Shown: piece by piece, positions 52,592 to 63,757 of the stretch
Layout of the letters: each line of letters begins with the position of its first letter
Position numbering within the stretch: the first letter of the stretch is position 1
Source: Bdellovibrionales bacterium
GTDB lineage: Bacteria > Bdellovibrionota > Bdellovibrionia > Bdellovibrionales > UBA1609
DNA length: 64,000 nucleotides
Assembly: GCA_050250515.1 (NCBI GenBank)
Contig: JBFWON010000006.1
Span: 237 to 64,236 of the forward strand
Reading direction: 5' to 3'
Program-made: the position numbers and the translations under genes
The notes under the pieces: model-generated
The model's input: the letters and a program-made list of their open reading frames with translations, nothing else
Databases searched by the model: none
Told to the model about the DNA's origin: nothing

Positions 52592-53803
52592 CTAACGGTT
52601 CACGCCCACAGGCTGACCTGAGCGCTTCCCCATCACGTAGGTCATCGCCCACACCAACATCAGTGTATGATTGACCTCACCGTCAAAGAAGTTGGCCTCG
52701 GTCAAAGCCCCCACATGAAAGTAAATTTGCGCCAGAAGCAAAGACCAACCCCATTCTGGCGAAACCACGCGCAAGCGCCAAGCGGCGCGCAAAAACCACA
52801 CGACGATCCAAGTGTAAAAACCAAAAGCGAAAACCCCTGCGCCACCTAACCATTGTAGCCAAACATTGTGAGCGTGCGAGACAAATTCTTGCACGACTCC
52901 AAAACGCGCATAGTACTCTTGTAAAAGCTTATCTCCTTGCAAAAGTCCAACCCCAGTGAAGGGATGATCCAAAAACATATTCCAATAGGACTTCCACAAA
53001 AGCAGACGCAGATGCGAACCCGAATCCAATTTCATGTGCACCAATTGCTGCATCTTGGGAGAGACCAAGGTGCCCACGGCCATAACCAAGGCCGCTCCCC
53101 CGATAAAGTGAGGCGCCCACTTTCGATAACGAAAAATCACATACACAAAGCCAGCCGCTAAAGCCCCCACCCAAGCTCCCCGCACGCCCGAGGCCACGAG
53201 TGGAATCATCCCTACCACCACCACCAAGGCCCAACTCACTTTGGCCGCGATTGAGATTCGAGAAGCGTGCGGCACCAAGGCCAAAAACGACTGCCCCACC
53301 ACATAAGCAAATGTTAACGACATCGTAAAAAAGCCCGTCGCGCGAAAAAAGTCACCCTGTGGTTCAAGAGGCTTACGGGGATGAATGGGGTTCAAACCGG
53401 TGAAAAATTGCAATAGCGAATAAAGGGCGATCAGACCTAAAACGCCAAGCCACAGACGGTAGAATCTGGGTGTGAACTTAGGGTCGCCCATTTCCTCTAA
53501 GCCCCAAGAAAGCCCCCAAAACACGACCATCCATCGCATAAATCCCAACTGATAGACAGGATCTTTCAATGCGGGGTTGGCCACCACACTGATCACGACC
53601 GCTGCCAAAAGCCCCATCATCGGCCACAACAAAGGAAACGAGGGGCGGCGCCCTGATTTCAATTTTGCCACCAAGGCGACTAAGAAAATCGACCAAGAGG
53701 CGATCTCCATCACGGCAATGGAAGAATGCAAAGCCAGAAAGTGAAGCAAAAACAGCCCGGTCAGAATTCGACTCACTGACGTCGCCAAATTTCCATCCCA
53801 CAT
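52592..53803 (-). CDS. O-antigen ligase/polymerase family (Wzy_C) membrane protein
   Basis: It has about 10-12 TM. The large-loop motif SHAHNVWLQWLGGAGVFAFGFY is characteristic of WaaL/PglL/Wzy_C proteins. Confidence 0.75.
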   Translation of the reverse strand: MWDGNLATSVSRILTGLFLLHFLALHSSIAVMEIASWSIFLVALVAKLKSGRRPSFPLLWPMMGLLAAVVISVVANPALKDPVYQLGFMRWMVVFWGLSWGLEEMGDPKFTPRFYRLWLGVLGLIALYSLLQFFTGLNPIHPRKPLEPQGDFFRATGFFTMSLTFAYVVGQSFLALVPHASRISIAAKVSWALVVVVGMIPLVASGVRGAWVGALAAGFVYVIFRYRKWAPHFIGGAALVMAVGTLVSPKMQQLVHMKLDSGSHLRLLLWKSYWNMFLDHPFTGVGLLQGDKLLQEYYARFGVVQEFVSHAHNVWLQWLGGAGVFAFGFYTWIVVWFLRAAWRLRVVSPEWGWSLLLAQIYFHVGALTEANFFDGEVNHTLMLVWAMTYVMGKRSGQPVGVNR

Positions 53804-55344
53804 GAGTTTTGATAGGTGCGCTTAAAGACGACTCCAGTGGGAGTCTTAGCTTCGTCGCCATTGATAAAGGCCAAATAGAATTCCCGTACGGGTCGCCAGC
53901 CCGGCACGTCGGCTTGCGTGCTCGGATCCGGATCGTGTGGGCTCGCATAGCGCTGCACGTACCCGCGATTCAGGGCAAGCACCGCCCAGTCACCGGCCGC
54001 AAAACCACTCCACGTTTTTTCCCAACTGACTTCCATCCTACTCTTCGGTGCATCCGTCAGATACGGGACATAGGGATCCACCCAAACATTAAGACCCTCG
54101 TGGTACAATTTCGTAATTTCATTCAAGGTCTCACGAGCCTCGGTACGACACTTCATCCAACGATCCAATTGTACTTGCATCGCATGGGGGGTGGAGCCCC
54201 AAACAAACAAAATAGCAGCTAAGACCATTCCCCCCCGAAGCAGGTCAAACCGACCGGGCCAAAGCGTTGGAATTTTAGGCGCCACAAGAGCGGCCAGAAA
54301 AACTAAAAGAGCCGCATCAATCGGCAACGGATAGTGTTCAAATGGCACTAAGACATTACGGGTCAGCAAAGACAAAAATGGAAGAACCACAAATATCGTT
54401 AAGCGCAGGGTTCCCTTACGATCGAGCTCGAACCGCCGTGTGGAAAAGAACAAAGCAAAAACAAAAATCAAGAGTACGGGAGCCCACAGCTGATGACCAT
54501 AGATCACCAACCAGCGTCCAACGGAATCCAATGTCGCCGGAACATTCAACGTGCCAACTTTGGCAAACAGCTTAAATGGCCTATCCAACACAATCGTCTG
54601 AGGGAATCCCACTACAAAGTAGGCCAAAAACATCGCGCCCGCATATTTAAGTCCAAGCAAAAACCGCTCACGCTTGAACGGCGGCACAAATAAAATAACA
54701 AAGCCCGGGATCATAAGCGGCAAAGCCGCTTTCACTCCCATCGAGATTCCCCAGACTGAGGCTGAGAGATAAAACCACAGCGAATCCCCTGGCTTTTGTA
54801 ACATACGAATGGTCAGCCACATGGCGCCTGCAAAACACAAACACAAAAGCATATCGGGATGGGCGCGCAACACGAGCTCCGCGAAAGTCGCATCACTGGT
54901 GAAGGCCGCCAAAAGTCCAAAGGCCAACAAGAATCGGGTCCACCAATCCGTCAGCATTGTGCTGGCAATCAGTAAAGCCAAAGCCGCGAGCGACAAAAGC
55001 GAAGTCGTCATGATCGCATGATGGGCTGTTTGTTCCCAATTTTGGGTGGGTGATTCTCCCCGAATGGCCGCAGTCCGTCCCCACAAATAGTGAATGGTGT
55101 GATTCACCCGAAAATAAAACGGCCCGTAAAGAAACCAGCCATTGTCCTTCCACCAGCGGGTTTTCACCGTTTTCGCCAAGTTCCACGAGGCATCGTCGTC
55201 ACCCGCGGCGACAATGGCCTGGTGATCAACCGCCTGGACCACATAGGAATGCAAATTCATCACCTGCAGCAGGAGCATGAGCCCAGTCAGCCAAGCCAGC
55301 GCTTGAGACCGGTTTTCTTTTAAAAACCGCCAAAGAATTCGCAT
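53773..55344 (-). CDS. Polytopic membrane protein, putative GT-C (ArnT/PMT-like) glycosyltransferase
   Basis: It is 523 aa. The first periplasmic loop has an acidic cluster (AAGDDDASW). About 11 TM and a C-terminal soluble domain follow. It overlaps the downstream gene by 31 nt. Confidence 0.45.
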   Translation of the reverse strand: MRILWRFLKENRSQALAWLTGLMLLLQVMNLHSYVVQAVDHQAIVAAGDDDASWNLAKTVKTRWWKDNGWFLYGPFYFRVNHTIHYLWGRTAAIRGESPTQNWEQTAHHAIMTTSLLSLAALALLIASTMLTDWWTRFLLAFGLLAAFTSDATFAELVLRAHPDMLLCLCFAGAMWLTIRMLQKPGDSLWFYLSASVWGISMGVKAALPLMIPGFVILFVPPFKRERFLLGLKYAGAMFLAYFVVGFPQTIVLDRPFKLFAKVGTLNVPATLDSVGRWLVIYGHQLWAPVLLIFVFALFFSTRRFELDRKGTLRLTIFVVLPFLSLLTRNVLVPFEHYPLPIDAALLVFLAALVAPKIPTLWPGRFDLLRGGMVLAAILFVWGSTPHAMQVQLDRWMKCRTEARETLNEITKLYHEGLNVWVDPYVPYLTDAPKSRMEVSWEKTWSGFAAGDWAVLALNRGYVQRYASPHDPDPSTQADVPGWRPVREFYLAFINGDEAKTPTGVVFKRTYQNSCGMEIWRRQ

Positions 55345-55463
55345 ATTTTGCCGCTTATCCTGAAAGATCCTCTAAGCCTTGGCAATGCCAATGTATCCAG
55401 CTTGACACATAAGGTTAGTGGTTCAGAAAGGACGCAGTTTAGCCCATAGTGAATTCTTAATTT

Positions 55464-57281
55464 ATGTGTGGAATTGGTGGGGCCCTAAGCCCGACGCAAG
55501 AGTTGCATCCCTTATTGCCCCTGATCCTCGAGGACCAAAAGCCTAGGGGACCAGATTATTCATCACTCGTCAATTTGAGCGCCGACAATCTTGAGATTTC
55601 TTTGACCCACAATCGATTGGCCGTGCTTGATCTTTCCGAATTGTCGAATCAACCGTTCGTGGATCCAGCCTCCCGCGCGTGCGTGGTTTTCAACGGCGAG
55701 ATCTATAATTTCAAAGAATTGCGGGCAGAACTTGAAGCCAGTGGCGAAACTTTCACCACGACCGGCGACACCGAAGTTTTACTTCGAGCCGTAGTGCGGT
55801 GGGGACCGCAAGCCCTGAATAAACTCAACGGTATGTTTGCCTTTGCGATTTGGTTTCCGCACACGCGAACCTTGATGCTCGCTCGTGATCGCTTTGGCGT
55901 AAAACCTTGTTACTTTATCAACCGGCCCAATAAATTTGCTTTCGCTTCCAACACAACCGCTCTGGCCAAATTCTTCGAGCCCAACTTGAACTATGACTAT
56001 TTGTCCCGCGGTATCAGTTACAACCTATACGAAGACGCCAAAGGCTCCTCTCCGTTTCATGAAATTCACTCACTGCCGCCGGGCCATTATCTGGAAGTCG
56101 GCCGCGACACGTTTAAGCTTCATCCCTACTACGAATTTCCTGAGCGTGTGATTCAAGAAAATGCCATCGTCAGCACCCGCACCCACGCCCAGCTGGTGCA
56201 AGATGTAGAAGAGGCTCTCCGCTCCGCCGTTGAACTTCGTCTGCGATCTGACGTGCCCGTGACCTTGTCTTTGAGTGGCGGTCTCGACTCAGCCCTTATT
56301 GCGCGCTTTGCGAAGGATCACCTCGGCAAACCATTCGACGTTTTCTCTTTCGGTCATCCGGAGGAACGCGTTTCAGAGGCCGGCGCCGCTCGCCAATGTG
56401 CTGAGTATTTGGGACTCAAAACCAACTTCGTCCGAATTTTAGATAACGAATTGCCTGAAATCTTTGAACGCACCTTGCACGACCAAGGCGCCCCCTTTGC
56501 GCACCCCAGTGTGATGGCGCAAAATCAAGTTTTTAAAACTATGCGGGCGCACGGCTACAAAGTGGCTTTGGGCGGCCAAGGCGCGGACGAAGTCTTTATG
56601 GGATATCGAAAATTCCAGTTCTTCCATCTCAAAGAAGTGATGAGGAATGGAAATTGGCTGGGAGTTCCACAGGCCGCAGCAGGGCTTGCCGCCATGGTTT
56701 TGGCGGATGTTCCAAGCCTGCCGCAGGTTTGGCACTATCGCCGGCGCTACCAGAATATGCGACCCAATAGCTCTCCGTTTCGGGACACTCATTTTGAGCA
56801 AGTTCTCGATATGCGGATGTCCAGTTATAAAAATTTACAAGATCGCCAGATCGCCGACGTGGGGTTTGCGAGCCTGTTGACTTTGCTCCGCTATGAAGAT
56901 CGAAATTCCATGGGTCATTCGGTGGAAACCCGCATGCCCTTTTTGGATTACCGGGTCATGGAGCTCGGCTCGGCCCTTCCGTATCAACTCAAACTTCATC
57001 ATGGATATGGCAAATGGATTTTGCGAGTTATCGCCGATCGACAAATCCCTCGCAAGATCGCCTGGCAGCGAAGTAAAAAGGCCTTTTCACTCGATCCACA
57101 TCGATGGCTTAAGGTGGGTTTGGGCCAGCATATTGAGTCGAAGGTCAGAGCGAATTTTTCAAAATTAAAAGAGGTTTTCTCTCACACGCAAATCGATATT
57201 TTAGCGGACAGCCGGAACTTCCGGGATCCCAAGAATTTTCCGCTGTTGGTTACGGCTTATTGGCTTGCCGACCGGGTCTGA
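55464..57281 (+). CDS. asnB: Asparagine synthase (glutamine-hydrolysing) family amidotransferase
   Basis: It has the N-terminal MCGI nucleophile, and FNGEIYNF and SLSGGLDSALIA (PP-loop) are present. Confidence 0.88.
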   Translation: MCGIGGALSPTQELHPLLPLILEDQKPRGPDYSSLVNLSADNLEISLTHNRLAVLDLSELSNQPFVDPASRACVVFNGEIYNFKELRAELEASGETFTTTGDTEVLLRAVVRWGPQALNKLNGMFAFAIWFPHTRTLMLARDRFGVKPCYFINRPNKFAFASNTTALAKFFEPNLNYDYLSRGISYNLYEDAKGSSPFHEIHSLPPGHYLEVGRDTFKLHPYYEFPERVIQENAIVSTRTHAQLVQDVEEALRSAVELRLRSDVPVTLSLSGGLDSALIARFAKDHLGKPFDVFSFGHPEERVSEAGAARQCAEYLGLKTNFVRILDNELPEIFERTLHDQGAPFAHPSVMAQNQVFKTMRAHGYKVALGGQGADEVFMGYRKFQFFHLKEVMRNGNWLGVPQAAAGLAAMVLADVPSLPQVWHYRRRYQNMRPNSSPFRDTHFEQVLDMRMSSYKNLQDRQIADVGFASLLTLLRYEDRNSMGHSVETRMPFLDYRVMELGSALPYQLKLHHGYGKWILRVIADRQIPRKIAWQRSKKAFSLDPHRWLKVGLGQHIESKVRANFSKLKEVFSHTQIDILADSRNFRDPKNFPLLVTAYWLADRV

Positions 57282-57904
57282 TCCGGCGGACGTACTTTTA
57301 GCCAAGCAAACAGATCCATTTTCAGTTTTAAGGCCCTTAACACCGTTGCCACGATCAAAAAAAGATCAAGCAAAGGATTGGCCTTTTCCGCATAGGCCAA
57401 ATTCAGCCGAATTTTTTCTGGGATTACCACTTGCCGATAAAAGGCTTCCGGGTCCGCGGCCTTCGCCAGTAGTTCAGATTCATCAAAAAAAGCAAAGGAG
57501 GCCAAGTCGGTAATTCCCGGCTTCAATTGCAAAACTTGACGTTCCTCCGGGGAATAAAGCTCGACGTACCTTGGGACCTCGGGCCGAGGCCCAACAAAGC
57601 TCATTTGCCCTTTCACCACATTCCATAACTGGGGCAGTTCGTCCAATTTCGTAGCCCGCAAAATCCGACCGATAGAGGTGATTCGGTTATCGCCAGCCAC
57701 CGTAATCGCCGCGCCCTCGTTGGCTCTTCGCATGGTGCGAAACTTCAAAATCTCAAAAGGCCTTGCGCCTTTGCCAACACGAGTCTGCCGAAACAAAATG
57801 GGGAAGCCATCGGTGATAGCCACCAAAAGGGCGACCACTAAGAATACCGGGCTTAAAAGGATCAATCCGAAAATGGCCAGTGCGAGATCGAAAATCCGCT
57901 TCAT
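57257..57904 (-). CDS. Small monotopic phosphoglycosyl transferase (PglC/WbaP C-terminal type sugar transferase)
   Basis: Motifs KRIFDLALAIFGLILLSPVFLVVALLV, FRQTRVG, FEILKFRTM, DELPQLWNV and MSFVGPRP are present. Confidence 0.9.
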   Translation of the reverse strand: MKRIFDLALAIFGLILLSPVFLVVALLVAITDGFPILFRQTRVGKGARPFEILKFRTMRRANEGAAITVAGDNRITSIGRILRATKLDELPQLWNVVKGQMSFVGPRPEVPRYVELYSPEERQVLQLKPGITDLASFAFFDESELLAKAADPEAFYRQVVIPEKIRLNLAYAEKANPLLDLFLIVATVLRALKLKMDLFAWLKVRPPDQTRSASQ

Positions 57905-59073
57905 CGCCGAAATTTTTTGCCAATATCATGGATGGCTTCCACCACGTCCATGGCATCGGCTGGGGTGTAACGTGAACTTAATGGCAAGCTCACAAGCCTT
58001 TCGAAGGCCTTTTCCGCCACTGGAAAAGAGCCTGGCTTCCAACCGTATTTTTTGGCGTAAAATGACAACATGTGAATGGGCAAGTAGTGCACGGAGCAGC
58101 CAATATTTCGCTCTTGCATCTGCACCAAAAACTCGTCGCGGGTTAGCTTCAGACGATCCAAATTAAGCTGCACAAAGTAAAGATGATAAGACGACTGATA
58201 TCCTTTTTTGACTTTAGGGATTTGCACAACATCCGAGCTCGCCAACTCACGATTGTAAGTTTCTACCATCGCCATTCGACGCTTATAAAGTTCATCCAAA
58301 CGGGATAGCTGCGCCAATCCAATGGCGGCCGCCATGTCGGTCATGTTGTACTTAAATCCAGGCTCTGGGACATCGTAGCGCCACTGCCCACCTTTGTTGA
58401 AGCGGTCATAGGCCCCCTTGCTCATTCCATGCAGGGCCATCATTCGCGCTTGATCAATCAGATCGGGGGTGCCAGTTAGCATTCCACCTTCACCGGTGGT
58501 CATATTTTTATTGGCGTAGAAGCTAAACGCGGTCAGGTTACCTGAGGCTCCGACTGGTTTTTCACCAATTCGACTCGGCATGCAGTGGGCCGCATCTTCT
58601 AAGACAAAGGTTTTGTCGGTTCCAAAAGAGTTGATCTTGGCCATATCGCAGGGATGACCCGCATAGTGAACCGGAGTAATCACTCTAGTCTTAGATGTGA
58701 TTTTTTTCGAGATCTCTTCTGGGCTAATCAGAAGCGTGTCAGGCTCCACATCGGCCAAAACAACGGTTCCACCCAGATGCTCCACCACATTGGCCGTTGC
58801 ACAAAACGTCATGGGCGTCGTGATCACTTCATCCCCTGGCCTTACTCCTAAAATCTTTAAACCCAAATGAAGACCAGCCGTACATGAGTTCAAAGCCAAA
58901 GCCTTCGGCGCCTGTACCACATGTGCGAATTTTTCCTCAAATTCCTTAGTCTTAGGGCCAGAAGAAAGCCACACTCCGGCCCGCAAAACTTCGGCCGCCG
59001 CCTCTACTTCAGCCTCACTTAAACAGGGAGGCGAAAAAGATAAAAATTCAGATCTGGACATAGCGTTCATCAT
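57901..59073 (-). CDS. DegT/DnrJ/EryC1/StrS-family sugar aminotransferase
   Basis: Motifs DEVITTPMTFCAT, VHYAGHPCDM and SFYANKNMTTGEGGM (PLP Lys) are present. An ATGA overlap links it to the sugar transferase. The start is trimmed to ATG 59073/59070 (the track start is TTG). Confidence 0.88.
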   Translation of the reverse strand: MMNAMSRSEFLSFSPPCLSEAEVEAAAEVLRAGVWLSSGPKTKEFEEKFAHVVQAPKALALNSCTAGLHLGLKILGVRPGDEVITTPMTFCATANVVEHLGGTVVLADVEPDTLLISPEEISKKITSKTRVITPVHYAGHPCDMAKINSFGTDKTFVLEDAAHCMPSRIGEKPVGASGNLTAFSFYANKNMTTGEGGMLTGTPDLIDQARMMALHGMSKGAYDRFNKGGQWRYDVPEPGFKYNMTDMAAAIGLAQLSRLDELYKRRMAMVETYNRELASSDVVQIPKVKKGYQSSYHLYFVQLNLDRLKLTRDEFLVQMQERNIGCSVHYLPIHMLSFYAKKYGWKPGSFPVAEKAFERLVSLPLSSRYTPADAMDVVEAIHDIGKKFRR

Positions 59074-59177
59074 TCCCTCTTTCGGGCCATTTTGCAGGTG
59101 ATGACTCAATGCATACCGAGGGCCCGCGAATTAATAAAAAACTGGATCGAATCACGAACTTATCTCATTATGCCGGA

Positions 59178-60125
59178 ATGCAGGTCATAGAGCTTATCGA
59201 CCGGGCCACAGGTCCGGCGTTCTCGTTTGAAATCGTCCCACCACCTCGCGGCCGCTCCATACAAGACGTACTCGAAGTGGTGGATTGTTTAATGCCCGTC
59301 AAGCCCCAGTGGATCGATGTCACATCTCATAGTTCATCGGCCTACTTTCATGAGAACAAAGACGGCACCATCACCCGCAAAACCTACCGCAAACGCCCGG
59401 GGACTTTAGGCATCTGTGGCGTTATTCAGAATCGCTACAAAGTCGACACCGTCGCTCATGTGCTGTGTTTGGGATTCACTCGAGAAGAGACCGAAGACGC
59501 TTTGATTGAGCTTGGGTACTTAGGCGTTGAAAATATTTTGGCCATTCGAGGCGACAGTCCTAACTTCGAAAAAAAGGTCAGCCGCGACCGATCGACTAAT
59601 GGCTACGCGGCCGATTTGGTCCGACAAATTGTGGACCTTCGCAACGGTCATTTCTTAGACGAACTTTCCCATTCAACAAGTCTCAATTTTTGCGTCGGCG
59701 TTGCCGGCTATCCGGAAAAGCACTTCGAAGCCGCCAATTTGGAAATCGACATTGATTACTTGAAAGCCAAATGTGATGCCGGCGCAGACTACATTGTCTC
59801 ACAGATGTTTTTTGACAATTCCAAGTTCTTTGCCTTTGTCGATGCCTGCCGAAAAGCCGGCATTAAAGTGCCGATCTTGCCGGGCCTCAAAGTTCTTAAA
59901 TCGCCCGGGCAATTGAAGTCCGTGCCTCGAACGTTTCATATCGATCTACCCTCCCAGTTGGCTCAGGAGATTCGTTCGAATCCCGATCATGCCGAAGAGA
60001 TCGGCATTCGCTGGGCCGCCAAGCAGACACGAGAACTTCTTGAGAAGGGATTTAAAAACGTGCACTACTACGTGATGAACGACGCCCATTTGGTGCGCAA
60101 AGCCATTGAGTTGGCGGATCGGTAA
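59178..60125 (+). CDS. metF: 5,10-methylenetetrahydrofolate reductase
   Basis: The start is trimmed to ATG 59178. [27 protein letters not shown] and [10 protein letters not shown] are present. Confidence 0.9.
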   Translation: MQVIELIDRATGPAFSFEIVPPPRGRSIQDVLEVVDCLMPVKPQWIDVTSHSSSAYFHENKDGTITRKTYRKRPGTLGICGVIQNRYKVDTVAHVLCLGFTREETEDALIELGYLGVENILAIRGDSPNFEKKVSRDRSTNGYAADLVRQIVDLRNGHFLDELSHSTSLNFCVGVAGYPEKHFEAANLEIDIDYLKAKCDAGADYIVSQMFFDNSKFFAFVDACRKAGIKVPILPGLKVLKSPGQLKSVPRTFHIDLPSQLAQEIRSNPDHAEEIGIRWAAKQTRELLEKGFKNVHYYVMNDAHLVRKAIELADR

Positions 60126-63100
60126 TGCAATTTCTTGAATTGCTGGAAAAGCAAATCCTTATTCTTGATGGAGCTATGGGAACCATGCTCCAGCAGCTCA
60201 AGCTCAGCGAAGAAGATTTTCGCGGACAAGAGTTCAAATCCCATGGGATCGAACTTAAAGGCAATAATGACATTTTGAACCTCACTCAGCCCCATGCGGT
60301 GGAAGGGGTTCACCTAGCCTATCTCAAGGCCGGCGCCCACATTATTGAAACCAACACCTTCAACGCGACCGCGGTGTCACAAGCCGAATACGGGTTAGAA
60401 AATCACGCCAAAGAAATCAATCGAGCCGCGGCTCAAATAGCAAAACGGGCGGCTGTTGAGTTTGAAAAGAAAACTGGCATCCCGAGGTTCGTGGCGGGCT
60501 CCATGGGCCCGATGAACAAAAGCCTTTCGCTTTCTCCCGTCGTGACGGACCCGGCCTTTCGCGCGGTGGACTTCGACACAGTCGCCAGGGCTTATTACGA
60601 TCAAGCCGAAGCTTTATTCGATGGTGGCGTCGATGTCTTTTTGCCTGAAACCACTTTCGACACGCTCAATCTCAAGGCCTGCTTCTACGCGCTTGAAATG
60701 TTGTTCAAAAACAAAGGGGAACGACGCCCGGTCTTAGCCTCTGTCACTGTCGGGGACAAATCGGGTCGCACACTCTCCGGGCAAACGATGGATGCCTTTT
60801 ATACTTCCATCAAGCACATGAAGCTCGCCGCCCTAGGACTGAACTGCTCCTGGGGTGGTGAAGAGATGCGTCCTTACGTGGCGGATCTTGCTCGAGGGAC
60901 CGAAACAAAAATCTTATGTTTCCCAAATGCAGGACTACCCAACCCACTGGCGCCCACGGGCTATGATGAGACCCCGCAATCCTTCGCCAAGCATCTCGTC
61001 ACGATGGCGGATGAAGGCCTTCTCAATATCGCCGGCGGTTGCTGCGGTACCACTCCTGATCATATTCAGGCGGTGGCTGAATCACTAAAAGAGAAGGCCC
61101 CGCGAAAACCAGTAGCCCAACCTAAAACTCTGGTGCTTAGCGGTCTTGAGACTCTGACTTTTCGAAATGAAGATCCTCGCCCTTTTTACATGATTGGCGA
61201 GCGCTCCAACGTGACGGGCTCGCCCAAATTTTCGAAGGCTGTGAAAGCTGGCGATTGGACTGGCGCCTTACAAATCGCCGCGAGCCAAGTGCAAAACGGT
61301 GCGAACCTGATCGACGTCAACTTTGACGAAGGCCTACTCGACGGTCCGGCCTCTATGCGCCACTTTTTAAATCTCGTGGCCAGTGAACCTGATATTGCGA
61401 AAGTCCCCCTCGTCATTGACAGCTCGGATTGGCAAATTTTGATCGCCGGCCTGAAATGCGCGCAAGGTAAGTGCCTGGTCAACTCGATTTCGCTTAAAGA
61501 TGGTGAAGAGAAGTTTTTAGAGCGCGCGGATGAACTGCGCCGCCTTGGGGCCGCGGTCATCATCATGGCCTTTGATGAAAAAGGCCAAGCGGCCACGGCC
61601 GCTGACAAAGTTCGTATTTGCCGAAGGGCCTACGATCTACTAACTCAAAATGGCTTCCCACCCGAAGACATAGTTTTTGATCCGAATATTTTGGCGATCG
61701 CCACGGGGATCGCGGAACATAACGAATACGGAAAAGACTTCATCAATTCCATTGGTGAGATCAAGAAGTATTGTCCAGGCGCTCGAATTTCTGGTGGAGT
61801 TTCCAATCTTTCTTTTAGCTTCCGTGGGCAAAATCGCGTGCGTGAGGCCTTGCATACGGTGTTCTTGTTTCATGCCATCAAAGCCGGTATGGACATGGGG
61901 ATCGTCAATGCGGGCATGCTTCAAGTGTATGATCAGCTGGATCCAAAGCTTCGCGACCTATGCGAAGATGTTTTGTTCAATCGGCATGAGGACGCGACCG
62001 AAAAACTTCTGGATTATGCCAAAGGCCTTAAAAAAGAGACCTCTGCCCCGGCCGCCACCCAAGCTTGGCGCCAAGAGCCCGTTAACAAACGCTTAAGCCA
62101 CGCCCTTGTCCAAGGGGTCGAAGACCATGTCGAAAAAGACACCCTTGAGGCTTTTGAAGAACTGGGATCCGCCCTGCAAGTCATCGAAGGCCCTTTGATG
62201 GACGGCATGAAAATTGTCGGCGAGCTATTTGGCGAAGGAAAAATGTTTCTCCCCCAGGTCGTGAAGAGCGCGCGGGTGATGAAGCGAGCCGTGGCCGTGT
62301 TGGAACCCCATATGAAGGGGACTTCCAAAAATGTCGACAATCGAGGAACGGTCGTCATGGCGACGGTCAAAGGCGATGTGCACGATATTGGCAAAAATAT
62401 TGTCAGCATTATTCTTGGTTGCAATGGTTACCGAGTGGTCGATCTCGGCGTCATGGTTGCGCCTGAAAAAATCATGGACGCCGTCAATAAAGAAAAGGCA
62501 GATTTTTTAGGCCTAAGTGGATTGATTACGCCCTCTCTTGAAGAAATGAGCTACATGGCCAAACAAATGGAATCCGCCCGCCAAACGATTCCACTTTTGA
62601 TTGGTGGTGCCACCACTTCGCAGCTTCATACGGCCGTAAAGATTGCACCCCATTACAATGGCCCGGTGGTGCAGGTCGCCGATGCCTCCTTGGTGATTCA
62701 GAATCTGTCACGCCTCACGGGCGATGCGCGGCCCATCTTCGAAAAAGAAAATCGCTCCAAGCAGGACAAAATGCGCGAGGCGTTTTTGAAGCGCAGCGAA
62801 GAGACGCAATTTGTGACTCTCGCCGATGCTCGCGCCCAAAGATTTGTCCCCGTCACGGTCTATCGACCCACCAGACCCAATCGCACGGGCGTATTTGACC
62901 TCAACCCCACTTTGGAAGAAATCATTCCGTTCTTCGATTGGTCGCCACTTTTTTGGAGCTGGGATCTTAAAGGAAAATTCCCATCTATTTTTGATCATCC
63001 GAAGTACGGTGAACCGGCTAGAAAACTATACGACGACACAAAAAAACTGCTGCAAAAGTGTGTGGACGAGCGCTGGCTTGAGACCAGAGTTCGAATGGGT

Positions 63101-63751
63101 ATTTTGCCAGCTTACTCCGTCGACGAGACCGTCTTTGTCTCTTACCCAGATGGACAAAGAGAAATCCCTGTTCGGTTTGCGCGCCAGCAGCGCAGCAAGC
63201 CTAAAGGTGAAAAGTATTACTGCCTTTCTGATTTCATCCGCCCGCAGGGCGAGGGCGATCATATGGGTGTTTTCGTGGTCAGCTCGGGTCGAGCGCCTGT
63301 CGCCAAGGCCGCCGAATTTGAACGCAAGGGTGATGACTACAACTCCATCCTCATGAAGTGCTTAGGCGATCGCTTAGCCGAAGCCCTGGCCGAATGGGCG
63401 CACATTCAATTTAGAAAATTCATGGGAAGTGATGAAAACTTCACGCTGGATGAGCTTTTGGACGAAGATTACCAAGGCATCCGACCCGCCCCAGGGTATC
63501 CGGCATGTCCTGATCACAAGTTGAAAGAAGACATCTGGATGCTCTTGGGCGGACCAGAAAAACTGGGTTCTCATCTGACCGAATCTTTGGCCATGGACCC
63601 GCCTGGCACAGTGGCCGGGTTTATGTTCTATCACCCAGATGCTCGTTACTTTCAAATTCAAGGCATGGGCGAAGATCAAGTGCAGGCCTTAGCCAAAGCC
63701 AGGGGCATTCCCGTGGATGAAATGCCTCGCTGGTTGGCCTTTCAGAATTAG
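60125..63751 (+). CDS. metH: Cobalamin-dependent methionine synthase
   Basis: It is 1208 aa. It contains the Hcy domain ([17 protein letters not shown]), the pterin domain, the B12 domain ([11 protein letters not shown]) and the AdoMet activation domain. Its ATG overlaps the metF stop (TAATG). Confidence 0.96.
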   Translation: MQFLELLEKQILILDGAMGTMLQQLKLSEEDFRGQEFKSHGIELKGNNDILNLTQPHAVEGVHLAYLKAGAHIIETNTFNATAVSQAEYGLENHAKEINRAAAQIAKRAAVEFEKKTGIPRFVAGSMGPMNKSLSLSPVVTDPAFRAVDFDTVARAYYDQAEALFDGGVDVFLPETTFDTLNLKACFYALEMLFKNKGERRPVLASVTVGDKSGRTLSGQTMDAFYTSIKHMKLAALGLNCSWGGEEMRPYVADLARGTETKILCFPNAGLPNPLAPTGYDETPQSFAKHLVTMADEGLLNIAGGCCGTTPDHIQAVAESLKEKAPRKPVAQPKTLVLSGLETLTFRNEDPRPFYMIGERSNVTGSPKFSKAVKAGDWTGALQIAASQVQNGANLIDVNFDEGLLDGPASMRHFLNLVASEPDIAKVPLVIDSSDWQILIAGLKCAQGKCLVNSISLKDGEEKFLERADELRRLGAAVIIMAFDEKGQAATAADKVRICRRAYDLLTQNGFPPEDIVFDPNILAIATGIAEHNEYGKDFINSIGEIKKYCPGARISGGVSNLSFSFRGQNRVREALHTVFLFHAIKAGMDMGIVNAGMLQVYDQLDPKLRDLCEDVLFNRHEDATEKLLDYAKGLKKETSAPAATQAWRQEPVNKRLSHALVQGVEDHVEKDTLEAFEELGSALQVIEGPLMDGMKIVGELFGEGKMFLPQVVKSARVMKRAVAVLEPHMKGTSKNVDNRGTVVMATVKGDVHDIGKNIVSIILGCNGYRVVDLGVMVAPEKIMDAVNKEKADFLGLSGLITPSLEEMSYMAKQMESARQTIPLLIGGATTSQLHTAVKIAPHYNGPVVQVADASLVIQNLSRLTGDARPIFEKENRSKQDKMREAFLKRSEETQFVTLADARAQRFVPVTVYRPTRPNRTGVFDLNPTLEEIIPFFDWSPLFWSWDLKGKFPSIFDHPKYGEPARKLYDDTKKLLQKCVDERWLETRVRMGILPAYSVDETVFVSYPDGQREIPVRFARQQRSKPKGEKYYCLSDFIRPQGEGDHMGVFVVSSGRAPVAKAAEFERKGDDYNSILMKCLGDRLAEALAEWAHIQFRKFMGSDENFTLDELLDEDYQGIRPAPGYPACPDHKLKEDIWMLLGGPEKLGSHLTESLAMDPPGTVAGFMFYHPDARYFQIQGMGEDQVQALAKARGIPVDEMPRWLAFQN

Positions 63752-63757
63752 GTGAGA

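Noticed and set aside
52588-52600. CACCTAAC 8-mer shared with the left inverted repeat at 6124
   Set aside because: An 8-nt match is expected by chance in 2 x 64 kb, and the surrounding bases do not extend the similarity.
59074-59177. Possible SAM or B12 riboswitch upstream of metF-metH
   Set aside because: There is only ~105 nt between divergent starts. I could not find conserved riboswitch helices or motifs.
59970-59985. GTTCGAATCCCG, a tRNA T-loop-like string
   Set aside because: It lies inside metF. The flanking bases cannot form a T-stem (ATTCG vs CCCGA) and there is no acceptor or anticodon arm context.
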